Notes under the pieces: generated by a model
What the model saw: only the letters and a program-made list of their open reading frames with translations
The model's database searches: none
Told to the model about the DNA's origin: nothing
Position numbers and translations under genes: made by a program
Shown here: piece by piece, positions 39,741 to 54,400 of the stretch
How positions within the stretch are numbered: position 1 is the first letter of the stretch
Layout: each line of letters opens with the position of its first letter
NCBI GenBank assembly: GCA_051362555.1
Contig: CM120640.1
Coordinates: forward strand, 28,358,503 to 28,422,502
Source of the DNA: Lingula anatina
Taxonomy: Eukaryota > Animalia > Brachiopoda
DNA: 64,000 nt
Direction of reading: 5' to 3'

Positions 39741-42700
39741 CTGTAGAATGAAAACAGTTTCAATGTGTGATAAATTACACTAAGCACAGAACAACTGCAA
39801 TTCTTACTTTGCAATTTCGTTTTAAAACTTACGGGTCGAGCACGCATCTTAATTTGAATTTATGAGTATACCGCGATTGAACTGGAATGATATCAATTTA
39901 TGCGATATCAGGTCAGGTCTTTTCCCGTAACTCTACCTCGAGCAAGCAATGCCATATTTTTTAATTTATTGAATCAAAAATTACCACATAAAATGGTTTG
40001 ATGGATTATATTTGATAAATAGATTGCTTCGTTTCTGTGTTTTTGCATCAAAGTGAAAATAACTTGTAATAAGGCATAAAAGGAAGGCAACTGTTTTTTT
40101 TTCATCCTTCTGAGAATGTTCATTTGAGTGTTTAGATGAAATGGGAATTACGCAGTGAAACCGCTTAGAGATCCCTGAAGTCAGTTATTCCATTTATCAC
40201 TTAGTGTGATGCAACTGTCTGCCCTAAAATGATGAAAAAGCGTGATCTATCTATTGAATGCTATTGTTAACTTCATCTTCTCACCATTTGGGAGTTTTAA
40301 TAGAAACTATTCGCTCATACAATGTGACGTTAATTTAGCCAAGCGCAGCTTACTTTTTCAGACACCTTAAACAAACAGATAAAAAAATATGAAAATGAAG
40401 AAAAAAAAAATGAAATGTTGGAAAATGATGAAAAGACCAAAGAAGTCGCGCAACCTGTGGAGCAATCTTCCAACAAAAGATTTGTAGGGCTATCAAGTTC
40501 CTTTCTTCCATATATGCTTACATGTACATAGCATTGTTTTTCCATGCAATTTGGAGTGCAAGGTACCATTGGAATATTGACCTTGCACTTTGATACATGT
40601 ACCTGATGTGATGATTAATCCGCACATTTCAAATTGCATTCGTCATCGATGAATGAAAAACACCAGCAACTCAACTAGCGATTTTGTCATTTTCTGGAAT
40701 AAAATTACCATGAAAGGAGAGACAGACACTGATAATTCAGTCTTGAAAGAAATGTCTTTTTGTATCTTATAATACATTTAGTTTATTATAATACCAAATA
40801 TCCCAACTTCATGAATGGTACAGGCCTATACTATCTGGTCTTCAAGAGCGAGTTAATTAGCTGCTTTGCTTGTCAGTACCCATGGGTATGTGTGTGATTT
40901 TTTTGGCTCCAATTCTCCAATACTTGATTCTGGAAAATACTTGAATGCCTTAGTCCAAAGTGCATCACCAAGATATGAAGGAAAACTGTATAGCCTACAT
41001 GATAGTTAATTCTACTTGAAATCTTATACGCGCGTTTTCAATGACTAGTAATCAACTACCATTCTTGAACACCCCACAAACAAAGCTCATTCGCAATATA
41101 TCGATCTACAGCTACATTGTTTCGTTGGTATGTCATCCAACGCTTTCCCCCCGAAACGCGTACCTAAAAGGAAGTCTTCCTGCTGTCAAACACCAAGGCA
41201 AAAGTAATCAATACAACGCTGTCGCATCGTCGTACGAAATAAAACACAGTTAGTGTCAATGCATTATGCATTTTTAAAGCCACTGATGGTGTTGTGGATT
41301 ATAACATAGTCTATCGAATTGACTTGATTTATTGCCATTCAACTGTCTTGTTGAAGATCAGGGCGTATGTCGAGGATTATATTTTTGAACCGAAAAGCCA
41401 GCATCAAAACAAAACGATAGATCAATTCCGAAAAAGGCTTCGTCCACTTCTGCAAAATGCCTTTTATTGCAGATTGATTAGCAAATAGACAGCTTAAATA
41501 AAATGTAAATACAGACGACGAACTAGACATCAGAGATGTCAAGAAATTAATTAATTTGCAGCCGCTTAAAAGCATTACTAGATAGAGACTGGCACTACAA
41601 GACGACGGTTTTGATGCTTTAATCAAACGAATTGCCAGCAGAATATTGAAACAAAAGTAGGGCTGTCTTAACAGTAAATAAGGAGGCATTAATGTCACTG
41701 CTCTTTAAATATCACCATGATTAGATATGTTTTCAAACCTATACAGGTGTGCGTTGCTCTGAAATTTGTTTTCGATAAAGGCCATTAGACATGACCAGGC
41801 TTCTACGTTTACCCAAGGCACCGTGAATCCATTGCTTGATATCTATTAGTATTCACTAATGCCTCAATCTATTCAAACAATAGTACATTTTTACGACAAA
41901 AAGCGTGCTAGGTAGAGATCCCCTAGAGGCGTTACCATTGTTTTTAATATTCAGCTTCCATGAAAACAACACAAGATGTCCATTTAGATATCATGGGCGC
42001 CCGTTCCCATGGAAATGTTTTAGCACCACCAAACACTTTTTCGGCCAAAATATGCTTGAAAGCGCTATTCTAGTAGTCTGAATAGCCACAATTTTATAGA
42101 AATGGTGACAGCCCCCCCCCCCCAACCAATAGAATGCGGTTCATTGTTTTCTGGAAGGACCCACACTGTTGAACAAAAGGCCAAGAAAATGCCCGCTTTT
42201 GGGTCTTGCTAATAAGTTGGCATTTTTTCCTTTTTGATAAAGACTTTAGCAACTTCATTTTCAAACTTGATGTCTACTTGAAAATAAAGGCTATGTTTGT
42301 CAAACACTATTTAAAGATCGGCAATGACATACATGTATTAGTCATCTTGAATTGTGCAGGCTACATGTATACGTACATGTACATGTGTATATGGTGAATT
42401 GTATGCACATGACGTCGAAGGAGTGTATATGCATTGTACACTGTATTTTATACGCTGTTGGTAACATCGTGTCATATCATATCACTAAGGCAAACCTAAG
42501 CCCTGTGTTCCTTATGTGTCGGTCATTGGTGACTCAACATTGTTCGTTTTGACAATCCGTTATGATTGATTTTGACGTGGTTAATCCCTTTAACAGTACC
42601 AAAATAAGCCAAGAAAAAACATTAGTGTTATTTTCAGAATTCAGGCTTCCATGCACAATACAACGCCAAACATGATTGATATTTACATAAAACCATTTAC

Positions 42701-45700
42701 GTATCCTAAAGCTCTCTTAAAATCGACGTTGATCGTGTTACGGATTTTCCCCAATTTCAAATCTATGTCGCGTATTATACTGTATAGTTGGTATGTCGCA
42801 AAGCCTAGATATAGGTATTTACCTGTACATGTACATACTGCACAGGCCGACGTGAATATCAATAAACATATGTGAAAGTACGCGTTTTACTCAAGCGTAA
42901 CTAATAATTCCAGATTCTCGCTTGCAACTACTCTTACCGAGCAACTTCTCTTACGTTATGAAGTTACACTGTTAAGTGTCATCATAATACAACCTTTACT
43001 TGTGAATGTACTACGGTTAAAATTTACACCTGAACGCAATTGTGATCCGATGCATTTTTCTTTACCGATTCTTTTACACCCGCTATTAACTGCAGCTGCT
43101 CAAACACCTCATTACTGTGATATAAAATATCATCCAGATAGAAGTACACATGCATGCGGCTAATATTACATACGTAACTGACACAGATATAAGCTGTTTG
43201 AATTCTTGAACCATTTCCAAAATATCTTCAGTATGAACAATCCGATAGAATTAAAAGAGGTGGTTCTGCAAAAAAGTTTTTACATGTGCAAGACATTATG
43301 ATCGGCATGAAAAAGTCGTTGAGAGTTTTTGTTATCTCTTACAACTAGCTATCACTTCATTTAGTGCTATCAAGTTTTGCACACTCAACTTATCTTCTCA
43401 GCAGTAAAGTAAAGCCAATATCAACACAGGTATTTTAGAAACTGTTCAAATGCGTTCTCGGTGGATGTCCATTAAACTCGGCATGTGCTTATGCCAGCAA
43501 AAACCGAAACGGTCTGGTCTTAAATACAGATGCTCTTTTGGCTGATTTCGCGTTGTAGTAATTTGCTCTTCTGTTGACTTTCTCACCATGTTTCATGTTA
43601 AATCATTATCACGCCACTGGTAACCGTGTGGTAGTAACCACACTGACATCAAGAAATGACAGTAAAACCTTACCAACAAGGTGAGATTGAACTGTAAAGA
43701 CCCTCCCCCCGTATGCAAGCCGTTATCTGTGGTCCCTGATAATCTAATACAAATAAGATATGTGGATATCGTTACGTAGCCAAACAGTTCTTGTTTAAGT
43801 GCATGTAGCTGGAGCGTAACAAAAAGTAATCTGGAATTCTGAAACATTTGAATGGTTTCAAAGAGGTCAATTATACTGAAATCAACTAGCGAGATATTCC
43901 CACACCTCGGTTCGCTTGATTTATATTTAGACATAAATCATTGAAAGTATTTAGTCCTACAAGTGAATCTTGTGAGGTTCTACTGGACCTCGGATTGATG
44001 GAAACGTTACTGGGACCATCGTGATGGTCCCATAATGTTGCAGTGATCATTAATTTGCGTGTCCTCAATGCTGATGGCTGCCTGTGCTGATTAGTTGAGA
44101 CCATATCCCTTAATTAATGTCTTCTCTTTACAAGATGGTAAATGCACAGACAACGTTGCCGTTGGTTGTTTTTTGTCGTTTGGTGGGCATACACAACAAC
44201 CGACAATTGGTTATATGCATGTCGACTAATTAGTGTGAAGAAACTCGGTGCTATGTCCCGCCGTTCGATGGCAATTACAAAAATGAAATGGAACCATTGC
44301 TCGTCATTTTTTTGCTCTAATTGAGGTTTGTCTTTTGCAAACATGAAATCGTTTTTTATAATTAGACGCCTCCGGTCGCCGTACCCCTGGGAACGTCTGT
44401 TCCAAATTCTATACAGAATTATAAAAAGTCTGGATGATATATCTCATTGATATCAATTCTGCATAATTTATCGGCTTTCAATTAGTTTTTCGAGTTCTTG
44501 TCTTGAAGGCTGCTGGTGCGTAACATGAGTGTTGTGAGTTGTTGGGATCTTTGACGCCGACCTAATAAGAGAGTACATTTCTAATTGAGAAAATGTTTCA
44601 GACAGCAGTTGCTCGAAGGGCAACCTATCATGACAGCGCAAGAGTTAACGTTCTCAATCTGATTTCAAATTGTGTCTCAGAGTTAATGATCAACTCTAAT
44701 CAGTGCGTGTTTCTTTAAGGCAAGATGTAATTGGAAATGTAAAGATAAGGCTGCTGCTCAGGACAGTCACAAAAATACTTGATTGTATCAAGGTTTGTGG
44801 AGAAGATTGTGTTCAAATGTGTTCGTGCTTTGTTGTTGAACGTATCGTATTGGACTTCTCAAAATACATGTTTTCAGAATTATCCAAAATAAAAATAATA
44901 AGATACAACACAAATGTAATTGAAACACATAGATTATATCACTTGTGACTTTTAAAAATGACTTGAATGAATGGAATATATAGAATACATTAGAAAACAA
45001 TTCACAACCAACGCTCCTAAAAACAATCTTTATTATTTAAAAATATTGTAACTAAATAACACATACATGTTCTGACTAATCTGCTAGATAGGCTTCAGAA
45101 TTGAATTCTATCACTGACCTCATGCAACATTCGAGTTCATGCACATACATTCTATACTATGTGTGTTGTACACTTTGCTTCGGACAAGGAAGGAATGCAC
45201 AATCATCGAAAAAAGGGGGGGAGAGGCATAATAAGCAAAATACATTATGTGCAGGCACCTGTAGTACGTGGAAATATGTGAAAGAGGATAATTATTCACA
45301 GTAACCTGGCATGCCATACCTTACGAGGAGGGTGATATATTCTCAATAAATCTACCATAACAAGGGCAAGAAAGAATGATCAGTCGGATTTCTAAACAAT
45401 GTTGCGACCCAGCCGAAGTTTTGCATGTAATTTGAATATGACGTCATTCATTTAATTGAATTTGTTTATATAGGGTTCTACATCGTAGTTGTCAAATTAA
45501 CTTGTTTACAGTACATATACTTCATGTAGTAATATGCAAAGACCAATCCCACAATCAAGAACCATCCCACAACAAAAACCTTGACCTAAATCTTTGGGAA
45601 ATTAACTTATTTAAAAACAAATAAAATAGAATAATGGATACGTTTCCTAGGTACCAAACATCGTAAGCGGATTACGACTGCGCCTTTTTTCGTCCTGTTT

Positions 45701-47663
45701 GCAAATTGATATTGAAAACAAGTGTAAATAAGTCTCTTCGTGCAATGTGGCAATAATCAAAATAATAAGAACGTCGGAATGGGAATTAGTGCACATATAT
45801 GAATAATTAAGACAATATATTGTCCTATAAACCACAAACATGAGTCTCTTTTCCCAACGTCGATGAAATTAAAACCAAGGTTGTCCAATCGATAGAGATA
45901 GCCCGTAGTGCGCTTGGAAGCGAACGACAGTTTTTAATTTGTCGAGTAAAATCTAGATCTGAGTTTTTACACCTATTTTACGACGCGAAGCGATTGCTAT
46001 TTTCAATGAAAGGTCTTATGTTACTAATGCAACGCCATCAATCAAATCCAGGGATTTACGGAATTAATAATTCGGACACCGTGTCGAGTGCATTTTTCGG
46101 GAGTGAATGTAGAATCCCCGTTCGATATGCCAAGTGAGACATTATAAGCGTGTTCCCCGCGTAATGGACATTGATCGGTCTCTTTGATGTATATCTCCGT
46201 ATTTATGACAGGTTTTCGATAGCTGACTTTATCCAAAACAGCCTGACCGTTTCTTTATCAAAAACATGAAATATCATCACGCTTCATAGCGGCAGTCGTA
46301 TCAAGTATAGCACCCACAAGTAGTTTTGATTTTTTGAAATACGAAAACATAAACGAGAGAAACGAAAGAAAAGGCACGTAGAAACTAAAAGCGAAAAAAT
46401 TAAAACAGAAAACTAGCCAAAGTGGCAGTTACGAACGTAAAATTTGCTAAGATCAATTCGGCAATCATCTCAATATTTAGTGAAGTTATTATAAACGATG
46501 TAAGGCTCACTAACGCTCGAGTTTGAATATATGCATCACCAGTCTCTACCTGATTGCTTATTGGCATTCGAAGCTTATCTAGTTGAGTCCGCTAACCAGT
46601 CACTCAGTCTGCAATCTACGGCGAGAGGAGCGTTGCGCCGAGCAAATTGCCCGGATGGTAGCGAAAGGAATTCAGCAGGGTTGCCACCTGGGATAGTGTG
46701 CGTGTTTAGTTGTTTATCTTGATTATCACACCTGACACCACCTCCACCAGCCATTGGTTACTCGGTGGTGCGTGGCTCGCTCGTACAGGTGAGCAAGAAG
46801 ATAGCACCACGCTACGTCTAAGATTGCTCTGAGAAGCTGCTGTCCTCTCGCGGTCTTTAATTAGCTGGTCCGTCTTGCTTTGACAAGCGAGCTCAATTAA
46901 AAGCAGTGCGTCTTTTTTCGATACAAGTTTATGTGCTTGAGACTGTTGCTACTGCGCGCGCGCTGTTTGGATTGGTGCATTCTGTTCAGTCTGTATTGCT
47001 CCGACGATATTTTGCAACTGACAAAGTTCCCGTCGTCACGTTAGTATGTCTCCATGCTTACTTTCGTATTTGTATTTTTAATCGCATATTTCTCAGGCGC
47101 TTATTGGCTGAAAGCGCTTGGCTTGATTTTATAGAAAATGGGTAGAATCTGACGTTATGGCAAGCTGAGGTGTTGATTTGGCATTATTCACTTTTCAGAG
47201 TTAAAGCCTAGGCAGAAAGCGGAAAGGACAAAGGTGTAAGGATTTCAGTCCTACGACCTCTGCGTTTGGAAATAGCTTAAGGGTCGTTTTCCATTTTTTC
47301 GTGCATATGAAATCCCACCGCGGCACGGAATACTATACTTCGGACAGTTTTGAGCATTCGGCTGAGAGCACGATGAACTTCGCGCAAGAGGAGTTTAAAA
47401 ATAGCAATGGCAGCCAAGGAAAAGGCCAAGGGGATTGCATTTCGTCAGTGCGATGGAGTGACAACCGTGCAATACAAGCTATACGATAGTACATATGCTG
47501 TGATTCCACGTACTGCGGAGGAGCTGCGGTAAAATGAGCGACCAGAGATAGGGTCCCTAAGCTATCAGATTAATGACATATCAGACATTCGAGATAGATA
47601 GAAGTGAAACGCTGACAATGAGTGCTTGCAGCTGGGTTCCACTCAGCGGTTTTAGATAGAAGG

Positions 47664-48498
47664 ATGGATAAAAGTGTGGAGGAAGGAAAACTTCAAGTTT
47701 TTGATGACTTTAAAGATGATGATGACGACGACGATGATGACTATGGTGATTACGATGATTACAGTGACGACGAAGATGACCAACCGCGGCGGAAAACACT
47801 AAAGAGACGATGCATATCATGCATGAAACAGTTTGTTGCCTTTCTTTTTTCTCACATCGGTCTAAGCTGTTTAGTGGTGGCTTATTGTATATTTGGTGGT
47901 TATGTATTCCGAATGTTAGAATCAGATAATGAACTTGATGTTAAAAAAGGGGTGTCAGATCTCAAACGGACTTATGTCAACGATATGTACAATGAGACAG
48001 TTGTGCTTAACCATGCTTATCAACCCAACTGGACACACATAGCTGACACAATAGTGGACAGTGCTCGAATTGCGGAACCCCCTGAAGTCAAGATCCACGA
48101 ATCGGATGCCAGCAGGACCAGGAAGATAAGTGCTCTCTGGAACTTGACATTAAGACTGAATGTCTTAAACCCAACGGAATGGCAAGAGTTGGCGCATAAA
48201 GTGTTGAATGAGAGCCTCTCTGAGGATAGTTATGACATCAAAATTGTCCATGATGATCGTGAGAAAGTTAGGGATATCATAGAAAATGTGCTGACAACGT
48301 ACTCGCACCACGATGAACCCGCGTATTATCTCTATAGAAAGAGTTGGATAGCCTACACTGATAAAAAATTGCAGGAGTTTAGCGAAAAAATTTATGTCCA
48401 AATAAAAGATTTTGGATGGGATGGAACAGAAAACCCCGGACTGCTGTGGACATTCCCCAACGCACTTCTCTACGCCGTGACAGTCATTACAACTATAG
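47664..48498 (+). CDS. Two-pore-domain potassium channel (K2P, TWK/KCNK-like), first coding exon, 3'-partial
   Basis: ATG at 47664 (MDKSVEE), acidic tract, M1 FLFSHIGLSCLVVAYCIFGGYVFRMLE, cap, then GWDG...WTFPNALLYAVTVITTIG pore helix and first selectivity filter, split by a phase-1 donor (ag|gtaag at 48498/9). No downstream exon was recognised before 64000. Confidence 0.92.
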
Positions 48499-51400
48499 GT
48501 AAGAACTTTTCTTTCATAATCAAAATTCCACTAATTGTTACCAACACAAAAATTCAAAAGTAATTGGTAACATGTTTCTTACTTGAGATGTTTTCTTATA
48601 TGTTTGGACTTCAAGTAGACTTCGAAATTAAGCCATCAGTTTAAGTTGGAACAAATTTATTGGACACTACTTTAAACCAAAATGGGAAAGAACCTGCACC
48701 ATGCAAGCAATTTGCTCCAATTGTTTTAAGACAACAAATACAATAGAACGCGTGCCGTATATTTAGTTAATAAACAATCCTATTTAAACACAAAGAATGC
48801 CCTTCTGCCCCGTTCTTTGGCCCTAGTTAACCTTAGAGACAGGACTTGCCAAGTGATGTGTATGCGCTAAGCAAACATAATCCAAAAATACAACAGTGTC
48901 TACAGACACCGACAGATATCCATCGCTTATCTGGAAATTACAGCACCAGATAAATCACACTGCGCAGAACAAGACGTATGAAAATCACCTCGCCAATACG
49001 TTGAGTTCTTAAGGTTGCTAATTTAATTTTGGCAGATCTCGTTAGGATTAGTAACGCTTAACATATCGATCCACGCCAGTATTTACCCGGTGCATCACTT
49101 TCTAAAAAAAAAAAACTGTGTCTGTAATAACGGTGAAGCGGGGGAGGATGACTTACGATTCCGCTGCAAGAGGAACTATAAATTCATATTGGCCTAAACC
49201 AGTTTTCTTAATCATATATTCTCCAAATATATAAACCTCGTGCTTATGCATTGGTTCCAGATTGTGCAAGCAAAATTACGTATGTACATTCCCCTATGGT
49301 GTATGTGTTATACTTCAACCAAAATAAAATACACCTGATGGTTAAACTTCTTGGAAATTAAGAAATGGTGGAGAACTGCGTTCGTACGCACATTTCCTGG
49401 GAATTTTTCGTTTTATTCTTTTGGAAGCCACAGACTGCGATATTATACAACATAAAGAATGTAAGAGGGAATCCATCATGATGAAATATCGGTTGGCTTA
49501 ATTATGTCTTAGAAATGCACGAAATACGTGTGTCTGAGGCTGGTGTGGTTTCTACAGAGCTAAAGATACGGAGAACACATCCACGAGAAGGCAACAAACG
49601 AGACAATTGGTCGACTTTCTTGTAAGCTCAGCATACATGCGAAACGCTACCTTGTTTCATAAAACAGCTTACCTGTAATCCTTTCCAGATGGAAGGGTTT
49701 AGAAATGTTTTGGAACAACTTGAAAGAATTTTTCGCTTTGCAGCATGTGATACTGCCGTTAACCCCAATTAAGTTCGGTGATACGTAGACATAGCTCACA
49801 CAAAACTAAAACGTCAAAGTTACATAACCGAAATCCATTAAGTGTAGTTTTCAAACAAGCACCGTCGATGTTCGGATTATTTGCCATGTTTTCACAAACA
49901 TAAGTTCAATCTGTTGCGGTGTTACAATTGATTTTAATGTAACGCTACACTTAGAAAATATATTCCACTCTATCAAATCAAACTCAGAAATCAAAATTAA
50001 ACAAATACTTTGAGCTGTGAGTAGCTCACTGTCATCGATTGACGTATGTATTACCAGTGCAAATATTGCCCATCAGTGGGGAATGAATACTTGTAATATC
50101 TAAATACAATAGCATTGATGCGTGTCAGATTTCTCATTTCTAATACAAGGCCGTTCACGAAATCAATTAATGGGATACTACATACGTATAAATAGGCTTC
50201 CCTACTATGGATGATCAGCATTTTACGAACATAATTTGGTTTCGTAAAGTTTTACGATTGTCGGCGACAGATACGTATTGTCCTACTATGGAACATGAAC
50301 AAGTAGAACACTCGTTAGGTTTTCAACTTGTTTTTACGATTATTCTGCGGGTTTCTTAATAATCGATTCCCTATATTTTAATGCATTTTCTTACTGTAAA
50401 TTGAAGAACGAACCAGACCTGTTCCCATTTGAGAAACACGTTTGGCAATTCTTTTCCCTTTCCGTCCCGTTCTCAAAGTTTGTGTTCACTACTGATCTCC
50501 ATAGCTGTTTAAGCTGCATATGGCATAGGAAGCTTTTAGTAAGGGCAGCTTACCCTAAGATATAAATATTGAAACCGTTCCTGCACTGTTTCTGCTTCTA
50601 ATTTGTCAACATGGAACACAGTGTTTCCAGGCTACCGACGGTTCAAATGGCGTTGTTCGCGCATGGTGATACCGTGTTAATGGATCCTTAAAAAGGATTT
50701 ATGGACTTCATTTCAAGATACCTGTACATCAAGTAAAAGCACTTGTTTGGTGAAGTACTTCCCAACGATCGAGTAAAGAATACCGTGATATCACCGTCCA
50801 ATAATTATCAGGTTGCAGATTTTAGGATATCTTTCTTTGAAAGGATATGTTTCTTTGAGATGCACGAAAATTTTGTTAAAACAGGATTTAAACAGTCTAA
50901 CAAATTTGAAATTAAACAACAATTTTCCGAAATATCATCTCGAAATACGATGGTAAAATACGTCTAGGGAATAGTTTTGGGTTGTAAGGTTTATCAATGA
51001 AAATAATTATATGAAAGATGACATCACAAAATTCAAAAGGTGTATCAATTATATACATAGTATGCTGTCAGATATTAAGAATAGGAACAAACATACATTC
51101 GCGAGCACGCGCACGCTCACATACACAGCGATGCGCACGCACGCACGCACGCACGCTCTCTTACACAAGCACACTTACATGTAAAAACGGTTAAGAGAAC
51201 TGGACTTCAGCAATGCAATAGAAAGTGAAACATGACTTACCTTCCTTCCTAACTATGGTCGGTTTCATTTGACTCAGTGACTTAATATTGACACAATCAA
51301 AGACTTTTGGCAGCGGTTTTTGTCAGCTTATTCATTTTAATGTTGTCAGTAAGTTTTGTTTAATTGTGATATGAGAATTATGTGGACATTTTTTCAACCA

Positions 51401-54400
51401 GTTTTACAAATTTTAAGAAAACCCATTATATGGCTTTCCGGTTATTTAAACTTACCTTGTCCATAAAGCTTCATATGTCTACAGACTAAGTAGAGCAACC
51501 TTTCCAAATATACTTCATGCGGTTTTAGTGGTAGAAAACTTTCTATATAGCGTCATCCTGCTCAGTTGGCTCCAAATGGTGTCAAGTGCTTGTAGATAAA
51601 TCAAATGAGAATGAAGCATATTAATTGCGTAACAGTCAATTTTCCCGTGTTATCCCCAACGAGGTAGTGTGTGTAGTAATGTCTGTCTGTCTTCTTACAT
51701 TATTACTCTGAGAGAACATATATATTTTCACCATTATAAATGAATCAACTGTGGCATGGTGCTACAGAATATATTTAAAGGTGCACTTAAAGATATTTTT
51801 GAAACATAACCAAACCAAACGCCAATAGTTTCAAAAAGTATAACTTGGAGAAATACCGATAGGCATCGTTTCATATCTCCAAAAACAAAAACAAACAAAA
51901 AATTATATATGAACGATTTTTTCTGCTTTTTTCTCTGTGCTGTAAATATATCTGAACAGTCTCGTTTGCATAAGTATGCAATTGCGTGCGCAGGTATACA
52001 TCCATACATGGAAGTAAGGGTAATGATTATGCAATGCGCGCAGTACTACGTCATTTAGCGGACCTTTATGAACTGGAGGGCCAGATGAATAGGTCAGAAA
52101 TTTGAAGAAGATGCAGTTTTAAAGCATTTTTTTGGCTGAACGAGAGATTAATTTGGTTTATGACTTGGCATGTCGACATCATTTTAGTCGTATAAGAAAG
52201 TAATAGTAGTGATTTACACAGTGTGCGTTACTGTATACACTCGCTTTATATCGAGTATGTATCGTTAAGGCGATCAATCAATCGAAATCTGAATACAGAA
52301 TTTATTTTAGAAAATCTGAAGAACTGAATCAATCGAAATCTAAATACAGAGTCTATTTAAAAAGAAAAACACTCAATATAGCGACCTTCAATTGACATTT
52401 ACTGGTGAATGTATAAAATAGGGAATGCTTTATTTCGATGCGACGATTGAAAAAAAATCACACTTGGTGGTGGCAGTTTTGCTGCACTAGATAAAATAAT
52501 ATTTTGTGCGAGTTTCAAGTGGCCATATCTCAATGCCGTTGTATAACTGTAGGCCCAATTCCACCAATTAATGAAATCATTTTTTTCGGATGCAAAGAAT
52601 TGGAACTAGATCCGGTGCTTACAATTTGATTGCACTGTTTGAACGAATGAATAATGCCGAAATGACAATGGCAGTGATGGTAATGTTAAGGTCTTAACAA
52701 AACGTCTAGTTCTAAACGAAGTTAAGGGGCTTAACAGAGCGAATCTGCTATTATAGATTACCCATCATCTCATGAATTCAGGCAGTGCAACCTCTGTATA
52801 TGTCAAATTAAAATTTCGCAGGCGCCGTGCATTTTCAGACTATAATGTCCTGACAAGAGGGTAATAACCGACCGTCTGTCTAATTTTGGCAACAGCAAAC
52901 TATCTTTAATAAGGGCCGTATGCGTCAAACGAGAGGAAAAGACACCAAATAAACTCCACATATAAATCAAGAACCAGCCAAAGTCGACAGTTGAAAGACA
53001 AGATTGATGCAACATCGAGTGTAAGTGCTTCAGAAGGCAGAGCTTAAGCCCTTTGCACTTTAGCTAAATAAATAAATCATTACCGACTTAAACGCACTCT
53101 CTGTCTAATAGAATGAATTGCAAACAACACAATTAGATGATTCCAGTGAAACAAAGAGCAGTTTGTGAATTATCTATAGTGCAAAATCAATGATAGCGTT
53201 TCCAAGAGCTAACAATATAGAATGACTGTCTGTGTAAATTGTTTATATATTGCAAGATGAAACAGTCAACGTTATCAAAATCTAGGATGAGACTTACCAA
53301 ATTCCATCAGATTTTATGTATATGAAGAGATGATATTTTTTGCAAGGTATATAACCCTCTCGAGATGGGCTAGGAGAGGGGTCAGCATGCATTCGAAAAA
53401 ATGTGTGCCATGCTGCTAGTGACGTCACCGGAGCATCTGCCCTGTTTGTCTCTTTTGCAAAAAATGATTTTTTGAGTGAGTGAGAGAGAGGAAGAGAGAG
53501 AGAGAGTGACAGAGAGGGGTATTTTGATCTGATTGTGGAGAATTGAAACAACTGTATATTTTCCGTTAGAGAAATATTTTAGTCTGAACATTCTTCACAT
53601 TCGTCTCATAGCTATTCATTCTTCGTAGGTTTATTTGATGCAGCGAACTAAGGCAAGCCCATACATCTCATTTTTAATTAATGCTAACAAATTGTAAGGC
53701 TTATTATTATCCTGTAGGCATGTAAATAGTGTCTTTTGCGCGTTGTTTCCATGGAATGGTACTGAATGTTTTGCACAAATAGTCATTGGCAACAAATCTG
53801 AAGAAACCAAAATTTCAAATAACAGGATAACATTTTTCAGGTTTTGTTTATTGTTGTAGCAAATGACCAAATTTTCATACGCAGAACCTTGGCTGAAACT
53901 AGCCATAACATGCTGTAATATTGACGCGTTGGTGCATATCCAGAATAAGGCTTGTGTAGAAAAAATGTCTACTCATGTAAGAGACACCAATTTTAAAGGG
54001 CATGGCGAGGGCGTTCTCTTACCATCTCCTGCAACATTCACCAAACTACTTCACGTTGCTACTTTCCGAAAGAATCCGAGCAATTTTGATTTTTTCAAAT
54101 TGGTTGAGTTTTTCTGTTGGTTTGCATCATCCTCAATTACCTCAAATTAAAGCAAAGGAGGCATTATAAGAGATAGGATGATCCAAATGATCTTTCTGGC
54201 ATCTTAAGGTGGAACAACATTTTCCCGAATTGTCTCTGGATGATAAGAAATGCCGAAGTCTGACTGGAGACAGCAGGTGTATGGAGATCAAAGTATGGTT
54301 GACATTTAGCAACCTTGTGGCACGAAGCTTGCACTGAGGGAACAGGCCTATGTTTCGATGGGAAAATACTTTTAGTCGATTCTTGGGAAGTGCGAAAAGG

